64,000 bases of DNA. Source: an uncultured Candidatus Saccharibacteria bacterium (GTDB lineage: Bacteria; Patescibacteriota; Minisyncoccia; Phycocordibacterales; Phycocordibacteraceae). Shown here piece after piece: positions 36,710 to 46,570 of this stretch. A program made the position numbers and the translations under genes. The stretch covers positions 72,286-136,285 of the forward strand of contig CAYOCH010000001.1 in NCBI GenBank assembly GCA_964402535.1, in the 5' to 3' direction. The notes beneath the pieces are model-generated. The model did no database searches. It worked only from the letters and a program-made list of their open reading frames with translations, and was not told the DNA's origin. How positions within the stretch are numbered: position 1 is the first letter of the stretch; the number at the start of each line of letters is the position of its first letter.

Positions 36710-38433
36710 GGCTGTATCGGATCTTCGGCAGAGGGAGAGAGCACTTTCGCAGAGATGCCCGGAATGCGGATAAGCCGTCCGAGGGCATTCGCGACAATGC
36801 GGAACTCTTCATTCTCTACGACGTAGAGGGCGAGCGCCGACGCGATAAGACCGACAATACCAGCAAAAAGGCCCTGCAGGAAGACCGCCATGAGAGTGGT
36901 CAAGGGCGCAATCCCACCGAGAAGTACGAGCGCCACATAAGCCGCGGCACCGCCCGCGACGGCCGCCAGAAGGCCGTCAGCCAAGGGACGCCACAGTGAG
37001 CGTGCGAGCCCGGGCGAGACGCTCCGGAGCGCCAGGAGCGAGAGCACGACGAGGAAGATCTGCCCCACAGTCGAGGCGAGCGCGATAAGGAGGATGGCCG
37101 TTCCAGAGACGTCGCCTACCTTGAGGAAGGACGCGAACGTCTCCGGGAGTCCGTTCGCAGGCAGTGCGAGAAACGCGAGCGCCGCAAGGACGGTGACCGC
37201 GCCGCCGGCGACCTGGTAGATGAGCGGCCGCCACGACTGCCGCACCGCGTAGAGCGCACGAGAGAAAAGGAGTACAAGCCCTTGCGCCACGAGCCCGACC
37301 GCGAGCACGGCGAGGAGCGCGGCCGTGAGGCGCGTCGCGTTCCAATCGAACGCGCCGCTCCCTAGGATCACGCGCACCAGGTGCGCGCGCAGGACAGCGA
37401 TGAGCCCGAGCGACACGACCGACCAGAGGATGATATGCCGTGCGCTCGAGGAGAGGATGCGCGTGAACTCCTCGCGCCGCTCCGGCGCAGAGGTCTCAGA
37501 GAGCGCCGGGAACGCGGCGACCGCGTAGGAGGAGCCGATCAGCGCGAGCGGCACGGCCTCGAGGTTCGACGCGAACGTGAAGACCGAGACAGCGCCGGTT
37601 CCTACTCGAGAAGCAAGCGCAGTGAGGAGGAGCGCCGTGATCGAGCCCATGCCGAGCGCAAGCGAGCGCGGGATCGAGTCACGCACGACCGACGCCATCG
37701 TCGCGAAGCGCGGCAGGCATAGGTACGGCATTACCCCCGCACCCGACACGACCGGCAAGTTCACGGCAAGATACGCCACGGCCCCGACGACGACGCCCGC
37801 GCCTATGCCAGAGATCCCCCAGTAAGGATAGAACACGACGGTGCCGAGGATGATGCCGAGGTTGTAGAGCACCGGCGAGAGCGCGAAGAGCGTGAAGCGC
37901 CGATGCACCTGGGTCACCGAGCCTAAGACACCGGACAGCCCGAGCAGGATCGGCTGCACGAGGAGAAGCCGCGCAAGGAAGATGAAAGAATCGTGCTGCG
38001 GCAACGCCATCAGATCCGGATACACGAGTGAGAGGAAAGACGGCATGTAGACAGCGAGCACCACAGAGATCGCGCCGCCCATACCGACGAGAAATGACGC
38101 GGACTCGGAGAGGAGCCGGCGCGTCTTATCTTGAGGCATGCCCGCGATGCGCGGGATGAGCACGTAGGCGGAGACGAGCGAGGAGACGAGCGCGAACACG
38201 AGATCCGGCACGCGGAAGGCGGCATAGTAGATATCCAAGGTCTGCCCTGCCCCGAACGTGTGCGCGAAGGTGCGATCGCGGAGAAGGGCGAGCGCCTGCG
38301 ACGCGAGAGTCAGGGCAGCGAGGAGATACGCAGCCTGGTGAAGGCCGCGTATCGGCGCCGCGATGCGCGAATACGCGGCCTCAGAGAAGCCGCGTATCGG
38401 CGCTGCGACGCGTTCGTAGGTCTCCCGAACCAT
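36706..38433 (-). CDS. murJ: lipid II flippase MurJ
   Basis: 575 aa, 14-TM MviN/MurJ profile with conserved N-terminal FRVPDLVF-type motif. Confidence 0.8.
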   Translation of the reverse strand: MVRETYERVAAPIRGFSEAAYSRIAAPIRGLHQAAYLLAALTLASQALALLRDRTFAHTFGAGQTLDIYYAAFRVPDLVFALVSSLVSAYVLIPRIAGMPQDKTRRLLSESASFLVGMGGAISVVLAVYMPSFLSLVYPDLMALPQHDSFIFLARLLLVQPILLGLSGVLGSVTQVHRRFTLFALSPVLYNLGIILGTVVFYPYWGISGIGAGVVVGAVAYLAVNLPVVSGAGVMPYLCLPRFATMASVVRDSIPRSLALGMGSITALLLTALASRVGTGAVSVFTFASNLEAVPLALIGSSYAVAAFPALSETSAPERREEFTRILSSSARHIILWSVVSLGLIAVLRAHLVRVILGSGAFDWNATRLTAALLAVLAVGLVAQGLVLLFSRALYAVRQSWRPLIYQVAGGAVTVLAALAFLALPANGLPETFASFLKVGDVSGTAILLIALASTVGQIFLVVLSLLALRSVSPGLARSLWRPLADGLLAAVAGGAAAYVALVLLGGIAPLTTLMAVFLQGLFAGIVGLIASALALYVVENEEFRIVANALGRLIRIPGISAKVLSPSAEDPIQP

Positions 38434-38468
38434 CGCACTATTCTACCCTGTTTCCCTCGGTTCTAGAA

Positions 38469-40832
38469 CTATTGGACCGGTGTGGATGACGCCGAGAGCA
38501 GGTTCGCCGGGAAGGGGTTCCTGCCGGCCTTGAGGGCGTCGAGTTGCGAGGCGACCGCCTTCGCGTTATCAGCCGACATGTCCGCAATCGCCTGGACTTG
38601 CGTCTGCGCATCCTTCAGGTCGCCAAGCTTCGCAAGGACCGCAGCGAGGAAGTAGCGTGCGTTCGCGAACTGCGCGTTCGCCTGCACGGCCGCCGAGAGC
38701 GCCGCTGCTGCGTTCTGGTAGTCCGCCGACGCCGCATAGAGCACTCCGACCTGGAAGAGGATGTTCGGGTCGTTCGGCGTGAAGTAGGCTGCGGCGAGAG
38801 CCGAGTTGAGCGCCTCCTTCACGTTTCCGTCCTGCACCTCGAGCTGCGAGAGAAGGAAGATGGCCGCAGTGTAGTCCTGCTTCAAAGCGATCGCCGCCTT
38901 CAGATCTGTCTGCGCCGTCTTCGTGTCCTTGTTGGCGATATCGAGCTGCGCGAGGATGTATGGGATCTGCGGATTGGTCGGATTGAGGTCCTGCGCCTTC
39001 TTGAAGGCGGTGCGGGCGCTGTCGTAGGCGCCGGTGACGCCGATCGGAACTGCCTGGGCATAGAGATTGCCGAGCGCGAGCCAGCCCTGGTAATCATTCG
39101 GATTCAGGTTCGTCGCCGTCAAGGCCGAATTGATGCCTGAAGAGAGCGCAGCCTGGTAGGCTTTCTGCGCGGTCGCCTTGTCAATCGTCGAAGAGGAGAC
39201 AATCGACGCAAGCCGCGCGTTCGCGATACCCGACTGGAGTTGATAGGCGATCGATGACGGCGCGAACGAGACGGAGTTCTGCACCGCCTGGTCCGCCGCG
39301 TCGAGGTTGCCGTTACTCAGTGACACCGCGGCGCTCGCGAGCTGCGCGTCTGCAACGTAGCGGCCGACAAGGCTGTAGGCGCCGACGACCGACGAGAGCA
39401 AGAGGATCGTGAGCGAGAAGACGATCACGAACCCGATGCGCGGCGAGCGAGAGAAGATGATCCCCCACTGCTGGCCCTCTGTCGCGTAGCGCATCGTCGA
39501 CGTGAAGATACCAGCAAAGACGAACGCAAGCGCGAGGAGCACGGTGCCCGGTAGATCGAAGAATGCCGTCGCGAAGAGGTAGACCGTGCCGATGAACGAG
39601 AGGATCGCCACGTAGCGCACCTGCGGATCCTGCGGCGTGCGCGTGATAAGCATCCGCAGGCCGAGCCCGATGAAGAGAACGAGGAACGCGATCCAGAGGA
39701 TAGCGCCCACGACACCGGTAGTCGCAAACGAGGACGGGATGAAACCGATGCCCGAAGAGAAGTCGACATTCCAGAAGATCGTGGAGTTGAGCCCCGCATC
39801 ACGATACTTGAGCCACTGCACGCCGAACGTACCCGGACCGGAGCCGAACAGCGGCGCTTGGGTTATCGTCTTCTCCGCCACAGTGAAGGTGGACTGCCAC
39901 GACGGCCGGATGTTGAGGATGTTCACGTGAAGCGCGTTCGCGAGCGCGCCGCCCAAGGTCCCGCCGATTAGGAAGAAGAGCGAGACCGCGAGCACGACAA
40001 GCGGCATCACGAGCGAGTGGTTGCCCTCGTCAGACTCGACCGGAGACTCAGAGAGCACGGTCGCATCATCGACATCCGCGTCGGCCGACTTGCCGCGCTT
40101 CATCACCGCCTCGACGAAGAGGCCGAGCGAGACGAGCGCGAGCATGATCCACACCAACGAGGCGTTCGCCACCGCAAGGATGAAGATCGCGAGGACGCCG
40201 GCACCGGTGAGGAGCTTGGCCGTCTTGCGCGACACATCGAGGAAACGGAGCGTGATAAGGATGCCGACGACGCCGAGACCCATGAGAGTCGCGAGGTCGC
40301 TATACGAGCCGACGAGCGAGTAGGCCGGCGAGATCGTGTTCGGCGCGAACTGGCCGATGATGACGATCAAGACCTGGATAGCCGCAACGACGGCGAACGC
40401 GTACGCCGCTGCCTTGAAGAACCAGCTGTAGTTGTCAGAGCGGCGCAGCACCAATGTCGAGAGCGTGCCGAGCACCGCCGCGACGAGCATGAAGCCGAGC
40501 GTATCCGGCTCGAGCGCCGTCCCCCAGAACGAGTTGCTGAACGCGACGCCGGAGAAGGCGGCCGAGAGCGCGTACGCGACGACCGGGAGCCACATTGCCC
40601 ACAAGAGCATCGTCGACGGGAAGATGAGGTTGCCGCGAGCGAGGCGCGCGAGGATGTAGAGCGCGAGCGTGATGATCGCGCCGGCCGCGAGCACGAACGT
40701 CTTCGTCGTGAGCGCAGAGACTGCCATCCACGGCGTGACGGCGATTAAAGCGAGTGCGAGAGAAATAAAGAGCGCCCAGGTGCTGACAGAGTCAAGCGAC
40801 CGTCGGCGCGGTGAACCTGATTGCGGAGGCAT
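38469..40832 (-). CDS. O-antigen ligase-like polytopic membrane protein with C-terminal TPR repeats
   Basis: 787 aa; 12+ TM helices then TPR-like repeats (YQGWLALGNLYAQ...). Confidence 0.55.
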   Translation of the reverse strand: MPPQSGSPRRRSLDSVSTWALFISLALALIAVTPWMAVSALTTKTFVLAAGAIITLALYILARLARGNLIFPSTMLLWAMWLPVVAYALSAAFSGVAFSNSFWGTALEPDTLGFMLVAAVLGTLSTLVLRRSDNYSWFFKAAAYAFAVVAAIQVLIVIIGQFAPNTISPAYSLVGSYSDLATLMGLGVVGILITLRFLDVSRKTAKLLTGAGVLAIFILAVANASLVWIMLALVSLGLFVEAVMKRGKSADADVDDATVLSESPVESDEGNHSLVMPLVVLAVSLFFLIGGTLGGALANALHVNILNIRPSWQSTFTVAEKTITQAPLFGSGPGTFGVQWLKYRDAGLNSTIFWNVDFSSGIGFIPSSFATTGVVGAILWIAFLVLFIGLGLRMLITRTPQDPQVRYVAILSFIGTVYLFATAFFDLPGTVLLALAFVFAGIFTSTMRYATEGQQWGIIFSRSPRIGFVIVFSLTILLLSSVVGAYSLVGRYVADAQLASAAVSLSNGNLDAADQAVQNSVSFAPSSIAYQLQSGIANARLASIVSSSTIDKATAQKAYQAALSSGINSALTATNLNPNDYQGWLALGNLYAQAVPIGVTGAYDSARTAFKKAQDLNPTNPQIPYILAQLDIANKDTKTAQTDLKAAIALKQDYTAAIFLLSQLEVQDGNVKEALNSALAAAYFTPNDPNILFQVGVLYAASADYQNAAAALSAAVQANAQFANARYFLAAVLAKLGDLKDAQTQVQAIADMSADNAKAVASQLDALKAGRNPFPANLLSASSTPVQ

Positions 40833-40932
40833 GATGAAGTGCGTGATGCGATATACGGGTAATGCCGTTCAGTATACCTCCCCGCGCCTCTTGTCTAGCA
40901 GTGCGTCCACAATGAAAAATGTAGGAAATATG

Positions 40933-41296
40933 GTATAGTGCGCTCGGACCGAGCTAGACGACCGCTCCGTGAGCGATCACGGGGAGGAAAGTCCGAACAT
41001 GCTCCCGCGCGCAAGCGAGGGAAACCGGGTAGCGGGTAACGCCCGTCGTCCGCGAGGATAGAGGTGCCTACAGTGACGTCGAAGGCGAAAGCCGGAGACT
41101 CCCCTGCCTGCCGGTAGGCAGGCTTCGGGGAGAATCCTGCCGAGAGGCAGGGGTGCAACGAGCAAATCCTTACCTGCATGCAAGGCCGTATCGCCAGTGC
41201 TTCGCACTGGCGGGGTGCCGCTTGAGCCCGCCGGCGACGCCGGGCCCAGATAAATGGTCGTCCACGACAGAATTCGGCTTATCGGCTCGGTCCGCA
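40933..41296 (+). ncRNA. rnpB: RNase P RNA (bacterial type A)
   Basis: P4 strands GGAGGAAAGTCCGAAC and ACAGAATTCGGCTTATCGG covary with consensus (GG becomes AA paired with CC becoming TT); GGGTAACGCC region; P1 CGGACCGAGC/GCTCGGTCCG; TATAGT -10 just upstream. Confidence 0.75.
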
Positions 41297-41302
41297 TACA
41301 TG

Positions 41303-41340
41303 CAAAAACTCATGCTCCTGCATGAGTTTTTGCTTTTTCT
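41303..41340. terminator. bidirectional intrinsic terminator between rnpB and nrdJ
   Basis: gcaaaaactcatgc / gcatgagtttttgc stem flanked by A- and T-tracts. Confidence 0.6.
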
Positions 41341-41346
41341 ACTTCT

Positions 41347-43734
41347 TTACACTATTTCGCAGGTGCCGCCGGCACAGGCCAGCTCCCGCTTCATGTCCGA
41401 CTCGTCTGCGCGCTCGTAGGCGATCAGCTGCGCGTAGTCCACCTTGGGGAATCGGGCGCGGCGCTCCTCATATTCCTCCTTCGTGATCGCTTCGTAGGGC
41501 GCGAGGCGGTAGATGTGGTTGGAGCGCGGGAGGAATGAGAGGCCGCCGATGATCTCCCAATTGCGCTGGATCCAATCCACCACGCCGATCCACTCGTCCT
41601 CGCCTACCGAGATCGTGGCGGAGGGGTTGTGCTCGGTGTAGTTCACCTTGACCCGCTTCCAGTATTCGAGCTGGTCGAGCGCCGAGAGGTCGTCCTTGAA
41701 GCGCGCCTCCTTAGAGTGATCGGGCGCCACGACCGGGAACTCGAGCACGTAGGTGTTCGCGCTCTCAAGCGACTGCCCCACCTCTGGGTAATACGGCACG
41801 CCCTGGTCGCGCATGAGCTTAAAGAGCGAGTCGGTCGCGCTGATGCGCACGCGGCGGATATAGTAGGGCGCGTGGCGCGGGTGGATGCCCGAGGCGCAGT
41901 TGAAGGTCTGCGAGACGGTGCCCGAGGGCTTCACGGCCGTGACCGACATCGAGCGTTCGATGCCGAAGCGCTTCGCATAGGTCTGGTTGGTCTTGACTGC
42001 CGTGTCGCGCATCTTGCGCATCACGTCTGCCTCGCGCGCGACCGGCGAGTCCCACTGCCCCGTCACCGAGACGCCGAGGAGGCGCTCTGCCTTGTTGTGA
42101 TCGGTCCAGTCCTGCGAGATGTAGCCGAAATTGGTGAGGGTCGACTGGTAGGTGCCGATGATCGCCGCGAGGCGCATCTTGCGCACCAGGGTCGCCTCAG
42201 TGTCATTCGCGCGCGCGATGACTTCTGAAAGATTGCAGAACTGCTTGGACTGCAGGATGATCTCGGCGCACGGGTTGGTGCCGATCGAGCCGGTCACGAC
42301 GCCGTCATCGCCGATAAAGCCGACCGTCTTGAAGTAGTCGACACGGCGCTTCGGCATCGTCTTGGCGAGCGCTGCGCGGTTGAAGATGCCGCGCTCGCCG
42401 CTGCCGCTCTTCATGAGCGCGACCCACTCGTCCATGAGCTCGGCATTCGTCGGCTGGGTCTCGTAGACGGCCGAGTTGTTCGCGACCGCGCGGTGCGGAT
42501 CGGTCATGTAGAACTGGCCCTTCTTGGCGTCGCGCATGTCGACGTCGTCGAGGTCGGAGAGCGAGATCATCGCCGTGCGGCGCACGCCGCCGGCCACCAC
42601 GCACTCGCCGATCTTGCAGATGATGTCGTGCGCGTCGATCGTGCGCAGACGGCGCCCCTGGCGCGCGAGCACGCGGTCACGAGCGAACGCGAGAAGCGAC
42701 CGCAGCGGCTCCGGTCCTGAGGCCTTGCCGCCCATCGTGCGCAGGCGCGCGCCGGCCGGCCGGATCTGCGAGAAGTCGAACGAGACGTCCTTGCCGCTGT
42801 ACCAGGTCTTGAGGCCAAGCGTGAGCGCGTCGCACCAGCCCTCCTTAGAGTCGGCGATCACGTGCGTCTCGAGCTTTTTGCCGCCCTGCTTCATGATCTG
42901 CGGGAGCTGCTCGATGTTCTGGCTCTCGACGGCGAAGCCGACGCCACAGCCCTGCATCGAGAGGTACATGATCTCGGCGAAATCCTCGAGCTTGGTCGGT
43001 GCAGTGAACGTGCAGTTGTAGGCGCAGGTGTTGCAGCGGCGCGCCGGCTCGCCCGCGAACTGCATGAGGCGCATCGAGGGCATCACCTCCTGCTTCAAGA
43101 TCCCCATGCGCACTTCTGAATATTCTTTTTCCGTGAGCTTGTTGCCCAAGTTTTCGCGCATGAAGCTCATGTAACGGTCGACCGTCTCTACCCACGTCTC
43201 GCGGCGGCCTTCTTCGGGGATCCACTTCGCGTACGTGCGCAGGTAGACGAACTCGCCGAGCGCGTTGCCGGCAAAATATTTCTTGCTCTCCTCGACGAGC
43301 TTCTTCACATGCGGCGGGATCTCGACGTGCGCTGCGCGCAGCTGGGCGCGCTTGTCGCGGTAGAGGATGTAGGCCTTTGCCGTCTTCACGTAGTCGTTCA
43401 GGATCAGGTACTTCTCGACAGAGTCCTGCATGCCCTCGACCGTCGGGAGGAAGCTCTTGTACTTCTTAGCGAAGCGCGCGAGCTCGCCCGAGACTTGGTG
43501 CGCGACAAGCGTCGCATCCTCTTGTCCGCCCTCGCCCGCCTCGGCCATCGCCTTCTGCACCGCCGACACGATCTTTTCGAAATCGAACTGCACGAGTCGG
43601 CCGTCACGCTTCTCGACCTGCGGGATGAGTTCCCGATACCGCTTCGTTTCTTTCGACACCGCTTTTGCAGGCTCCGCGACCGCAGCCGCCGCACTCACTT
43701 TTGCACGTGAAGAAACTTTAGCGGCTTTTGGCAT
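41347..43734 (-). CDS. nrdJ: adenosylcobalamin-dependent ribonucleotide reductase (class II, NrdJ) with N-terminal ATP-cone
   Basis: ATP-cone VEKRDGRLVQFDFEKI, class II core, C-terminal CAGGTCEIV. Confidence 0.88.
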   Translation of the reverse strand: MPKAAKVSSRAKVSAAAAVAEPAKAVSKETKRYRELIPQVEKRDGRLVQFDFEKIVSAVQKAMAEAGEGGQEDATLVAHQVSGELARFAKKYKSFLPTVEGMQDSVEKYLILNDYVKTAKAYILYRDKRAQLRAAHVEIPPHVKKLVEESKKYFAGNALGEFVYLRTYAKWIPEEGRRETWVETVDRYMSFMRENLGNKLTEKEYSEVRMGILKQEVMPSMRLMQFAGEPARRCNTCAYNCTFTAPTKLEDFAEIMYLSMQGCGVGFAVESQNIEQLPQIMKQGGKKLETHVIADSKEGWCDALTLGLKTWYSGKDVSFDFSQIRPAGARLRTMGGKASGPEPLRSLLAFARDRVLARQGRRLRTIDAHDIICKIGECVVAGGVRRTAMISLSDLDDVDMRDAKKGQFYMTDPHRAVANNSAVYETQPTNAELMDEWVALMKSGSGERGIFNRAALAKTMPKRRVDYFKTVGFIGDDGVVTGSIGTNPCAEIILQSKQFCNLSEVIARANDTEATLVRKMRLAAIIGTYQSTLTNFGYISQDWTDHNKAERLLGVSVTGQWDSPVAREADVMRKMRDTAVKTNQTYAKRFGIERSMSVTAVKPSGTVSQTFNCASGIHPRHAPYYIRRVRISATDSLFKLMRDQGVPYYPEVGQSLESANTYVLEFPVVAPDHSKEARFKDDLSALDQLEYWKRVKVNYTEHNPSATISVGEDEWIGVVDWIQRNWEIIGGLSFLPRSNHIYRLAPYEAITKEEYEERRARFPKVDYAQLIAYERADESDMKRELACAGGTCEIV

Positions 43735-43821
43735 GGAAGGCGGTTTAGGGATGAATAATATATCGAGTAAGGTTGTTCCAATTTTACTCCCGACTCCGCG
43801 AATCGCTATGTGTGGACAGCG

Positions 43822-44310
43822 CTATTTTGAAACGGTCGGAAGACTTTGCAAATTGAGCGGCGTACCAGTCGCTATTACGTGCCGTGAGGCGAACCCGGCA
43901 GCCGTCTCTAGGACATATCGAGCCGGCACTGTCGGATATAAGACATTCGGATAGCTCGAGGTCGCGACGTTCTCAGCGATCGTCACCACGCGTCCTTTTG
44001 AATCGAGCCAGAACATGTCGAGCGGCACTTGCATATCCTTCATCCAGAAGCCGTAGTAGTCGTCCTTCGGGAAGACGAAGAGCATCGCATAGTTCTCTGG
44101 GACAACGGCACGGCCCCCGAGCCCGCGCTCGCGCGCCGCTTCAGTTGTCGCATAGTCTATATTCAAGGACACATCGCCAAAGGTGCCGACGCTGCTCGTC
44201 ACTACAGGTGTCCTATAGACGGAAACGAATAGCAAAACGATCAGGCCGAGCACGACTGCGAGGATGCCAGAACGCTTCCATTCCATAGCGCCAGTATACG
44301 GCAGATACAA
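43822..44310 (-). CDS. DUF192 domain protein
   Basis: YGFWMKDMQVPLDMFWLD matches DUF192 core. Confidence 0.6.
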   Translation of the reverse strand: MYLPYTGAMEWKRSGILAVVLGLIVLLFVSVYRTPVVTSSVGTFGDVSLNIDYATTEAARERGLGGRAVVPENYAMLFVFPKDDYYGFWMKDMQVPLDMFWLDSKGRVVTIAENVATSSYPNVLYPTVPARYVLETAAGFASRHVIATGTPLNLQSLPTVSK

Positions 44311-44361
44311 CGTGCGGCGCGCCCCACCAGGCGGCGCGCCGCATCCTCCTCCCTACTACGG

Positions 44362-44562
44362 CTATTGGTGCTGCGGTGTGCGGTGCACCATCCGCCCCTC
44401 TTCGCGTTCGATCGAGGTCTCTTGGATACCCCACAACGAGAGCACGGCGATCGCGACACCTGTCACGACAAGCGTCCACGAGAGCGCCGTACCCGTAATG
44501 CCGAGGAACGGCACCACGATCGTCCACAACCCGAGCAGTGCATTGATCCACTGTTGCCACAT
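44362..44562 (-). CDS. hypothetical small membrane protein
   Basis: 66 aa with 2 TM helices. Confidence 0.3.
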   Translation of the reverse strand: MWQQWINALLGLWTIVVPFLGITGTALSWTLVVTGVAIAVLSLWGIQETSIEREEGRMVHRTPQHQ

Positions 44563-44736
44563 ATCGTTGAAAATTATTGGTAAACAACTGGATTGTAGGG
44601 GTCGTGAGATGAAATTTGCGTTACCGTTTGCGAGCGAAAAGTATTGACATATGTGTTGCGAAATGTTTCAATACAAACTGCTTCGGTCTTTTCTTTCCTG
44701 CAGTAGCAGGTTCATCACTATCGAGGGGAGGTACAT

Positions 44737-45384
44737 ATGCAACCGGTAGAAGCACCCGCGCGGCACACCATCACGGTGCCGCTGCATCCAAACGTCATGA
44801 TCGACATCTTCCGTAGTACGGAACTGTCGATTGCGAAGAGCGGAGAGCTGGACAACCAAGGCGTCGATTTGTCATCCGACGGCGTCCGCCAAGCGCAGCA
44901 GTTGAGCGTCGTGTTGCATGCGTACGGCATTCACTACGACTTGGCTGTCTATGCGGCGACGCCGCGCGCACGCCGGATGGCGCATGCCGTACTCGGCAAC
45001 CATCGTGGTGCGTGGTACCGCGGCCAAGGCCGCGATCTCTACGCGCCGCGTGACGACCGGCACTACAACGCGCTGCTTGCGCTCGACCGCGAGATCAAGT
45101 CGCGCCGCTTCGGGAAGTTCACACCCGTCGTGAGCGCTGATGTTCTCGATCGGGCGGAGCCGCTCTTCGAGGCGTTCCTGCGCGATACCCGCCAGGTCTT
45201 CGCGTCGATTAAGAAGATCGAGGAGATGCGTCGTATCGCCATCTTTGCTGATACGCTGATGACGGGCGAAGCGCTGCTCCCCCACTTGGCGGAGTCGCTG
45301 CGCGAGATAGATCGCGGATTCGCGCATGGCGAATGGGTGCAGCTCTCGCACAACGGCTGCATCTACCACAAGCGCCCGATGTAG
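44737..45384 (+). CDS. hypothetical protein (possible degenerate histidine-phosphatase fold)
   Basis: 215 aa; weak resemblance only. Confidence 0.35.
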   Translation: MQPVEAPARHTITVPLHPNVMIDIFRSTELSIAKSGELDNQGVDLSSDGVRQAQQLSVVLHAYGIHYDLAVYAATPRARRMAHAVLGNHRGAWYRGQGRDLYAPRDDRHYNALLALDREIKSRRFGKFTPVVSADVLDRAEPLFEAFLRDTRQVFASIKKIEEMRRIAIFADTLMTGEALLPHLAESLREIDRGFAHGEWVQLSHNGCIYHKRPM

Positions 45385-45414
45385 CCTGTTACACCACCAA
45401 GCCAGTCAGCATTC

Positions 45415-45448
45415 AGCCGGAGGTTCACCCCTCCGGCGTTTCTTTTTA
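45415..45448 (+). terminator. intrinsic terminator
   Basis: gccggagg-ttcacc-cctccggc stem followed by gtttcttttta. Confidence 0.6.
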
Positions 45449-45455
45449 TATATTG

Positions 45456-45545
45456 TGGCGGAGAGGGCGAGATTCGAACTCGCGGTGGGGTTTCCCCCAC
45501 GCATGCTTTCCAAGCATGTCCTTTAGACCACTCAGGCACCTCTCC
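45456..45545 (-). tRNA. tRNA-Ser (anticodon GGA), CCA encoded
   Basis: GGAGAGG acceptor, long variable arm, anticodon stem CATGC/GCATG with loop TTGGAAA. Confidence 0.8.
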
Positions 45546-46197
45546 ATTTCTCGTAGACCGAACGTATGCGTTCATTCGAGGTGCCGAATACCCGTAAGTA
45601 CTTGGCGACCGCATCCTCTCGATAGAGATAGATATTGCGACCTCGGGTATCAATATGCGGCAAAATGCCGAATTGTTCAAATACCGCTGCGACCTGCCGG
45701 AGCATCCCTGGTGAATAACTTGTAAAACAGAGACCGATGTTTTTATAAATCTTTCCCGCTATCTTGTGCGAATGAACGAACAGGCACCCGTCGGTATCAA
45801 TGAGGCCACGGACACATGCCCGCCGATACGAAGACTTCTTGAGGATCCAGTCTGGTATGCAAAGCCCATGCTGCAATTTATTGCCGCGAGGAAGCCCTTT
45901 CTCTACGAGGAAATCTACCAGAGTTGTACTCGCAGCTGATATGACTAACGCATCGCGACCTTTGCGCTTTCGAATAGCCGGTCTGATGTGGAACAAATCA
46001 AATATGAGCGCCTCTACGTAATGCGCATATCGCGCATCGGTGATTGAATTCATCGTGATATTAGCTTGCCATGGGTTATTGATGCCTCCATCACCAAGCA
46101 TGACTCCGAAGAATTCCGCAAGACGCGCAGAAGGCCCCGGAATTCGTATCTCCTTCCGATGACTCCTTTTTGGATATCTAAGCCTGCGAACTCTCAC
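45532..46197 (-). CDS. LAGLIDADG homing endonuclease (two-motif, single-chain)
   Basis: LAEFFGVMLGDGGI and CVRGLIDTDGCLF LAGLIDADG motifs; ~50% GC vs ~65% flanks; 3' end overlaps tRNA-Ser by ~14 nt. Confidence 0.7.
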   Translation of the reverse strand: MRVRRLRYPKRSHRKEIRIPGPSARLAEFFGVMLGDGGINNPWQANITMNSITDARYAHYVEALIFDLFHIRPAIRKRKGRDALVISAASTTLVDFLVEKGLPRGNKLQHGLCIPDWILKKSSYRRACVRGLIDTDGCLFVHSHKIAGKIYKNIGLCFTSYSPGMLRQVAAVFEQFGILPHIDTRGRNIYLYREDAVAKYLRVFGTSNERIRSVYEKWRGA

Positions 46198-46307
46198 TTG
46201 CTAAGTATAGCATTTGGTCTAGTGCCGGAAATTTTACCCGCACTGGTCACAACCCGCACAAAAGAAAGGCACGGGGCTTAACCCCGTGCTCGTGAAATGA
46301 CGATCGC

Positions 46308-46520
46308 CTATATCGCTGTGCCGACTGCCACCTTGATGCCGAAGTCTTCAAGCCATTTTTCGCCGCGCACAACCGCAGTCGCATCTGCGAATGACAGACC
46401 GTGGTCATGGGTCAGTTCGTCGCGGATCAGCAGTTGCTCCATTGTGAACCCCTCGATACGCGCCTGGATGGCTCCGGAATGCTCGAGCGTTTTGCTCATT
46501 TCGTTCTCATCTTTAAACAT
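46308..46520 (-). CDS. hypothetical 70-aa protein
   Basis: ORF followed on its strand by hairpin ggcacggggcttaaccccgtgcc plus T-tract (46262-46291). Confidence 0.35.
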   Translation of the reverse strand: MFKDENEMSKTLEHSGAIQARIEGFTMEQLLIRDELTHDHGLSFADATAVVRGEKWLEDFGIKVAVGTAI

Positions 46521-46570
46521 TGGAATCTACCCGGAGGCATCCTAACCTCAACGCATGCACGGGTCAAACA

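Noticed and set aside
43735-43821. Possible cobalamin riboswitch upstream of B12-dependent nrdJ
   Set aside because: Only ~87 nt separate nrdJ from the next gene, too short for a cobalamin riboswitch. No B12-box recognised.
45456-45545. Group I intron in tRNA-Ser hosting the LAGLIDADG gene
   Set aside because: The tRNA folds as an uninterrupted 90-nt cloverleaf with CCA. The HEG is outside it.
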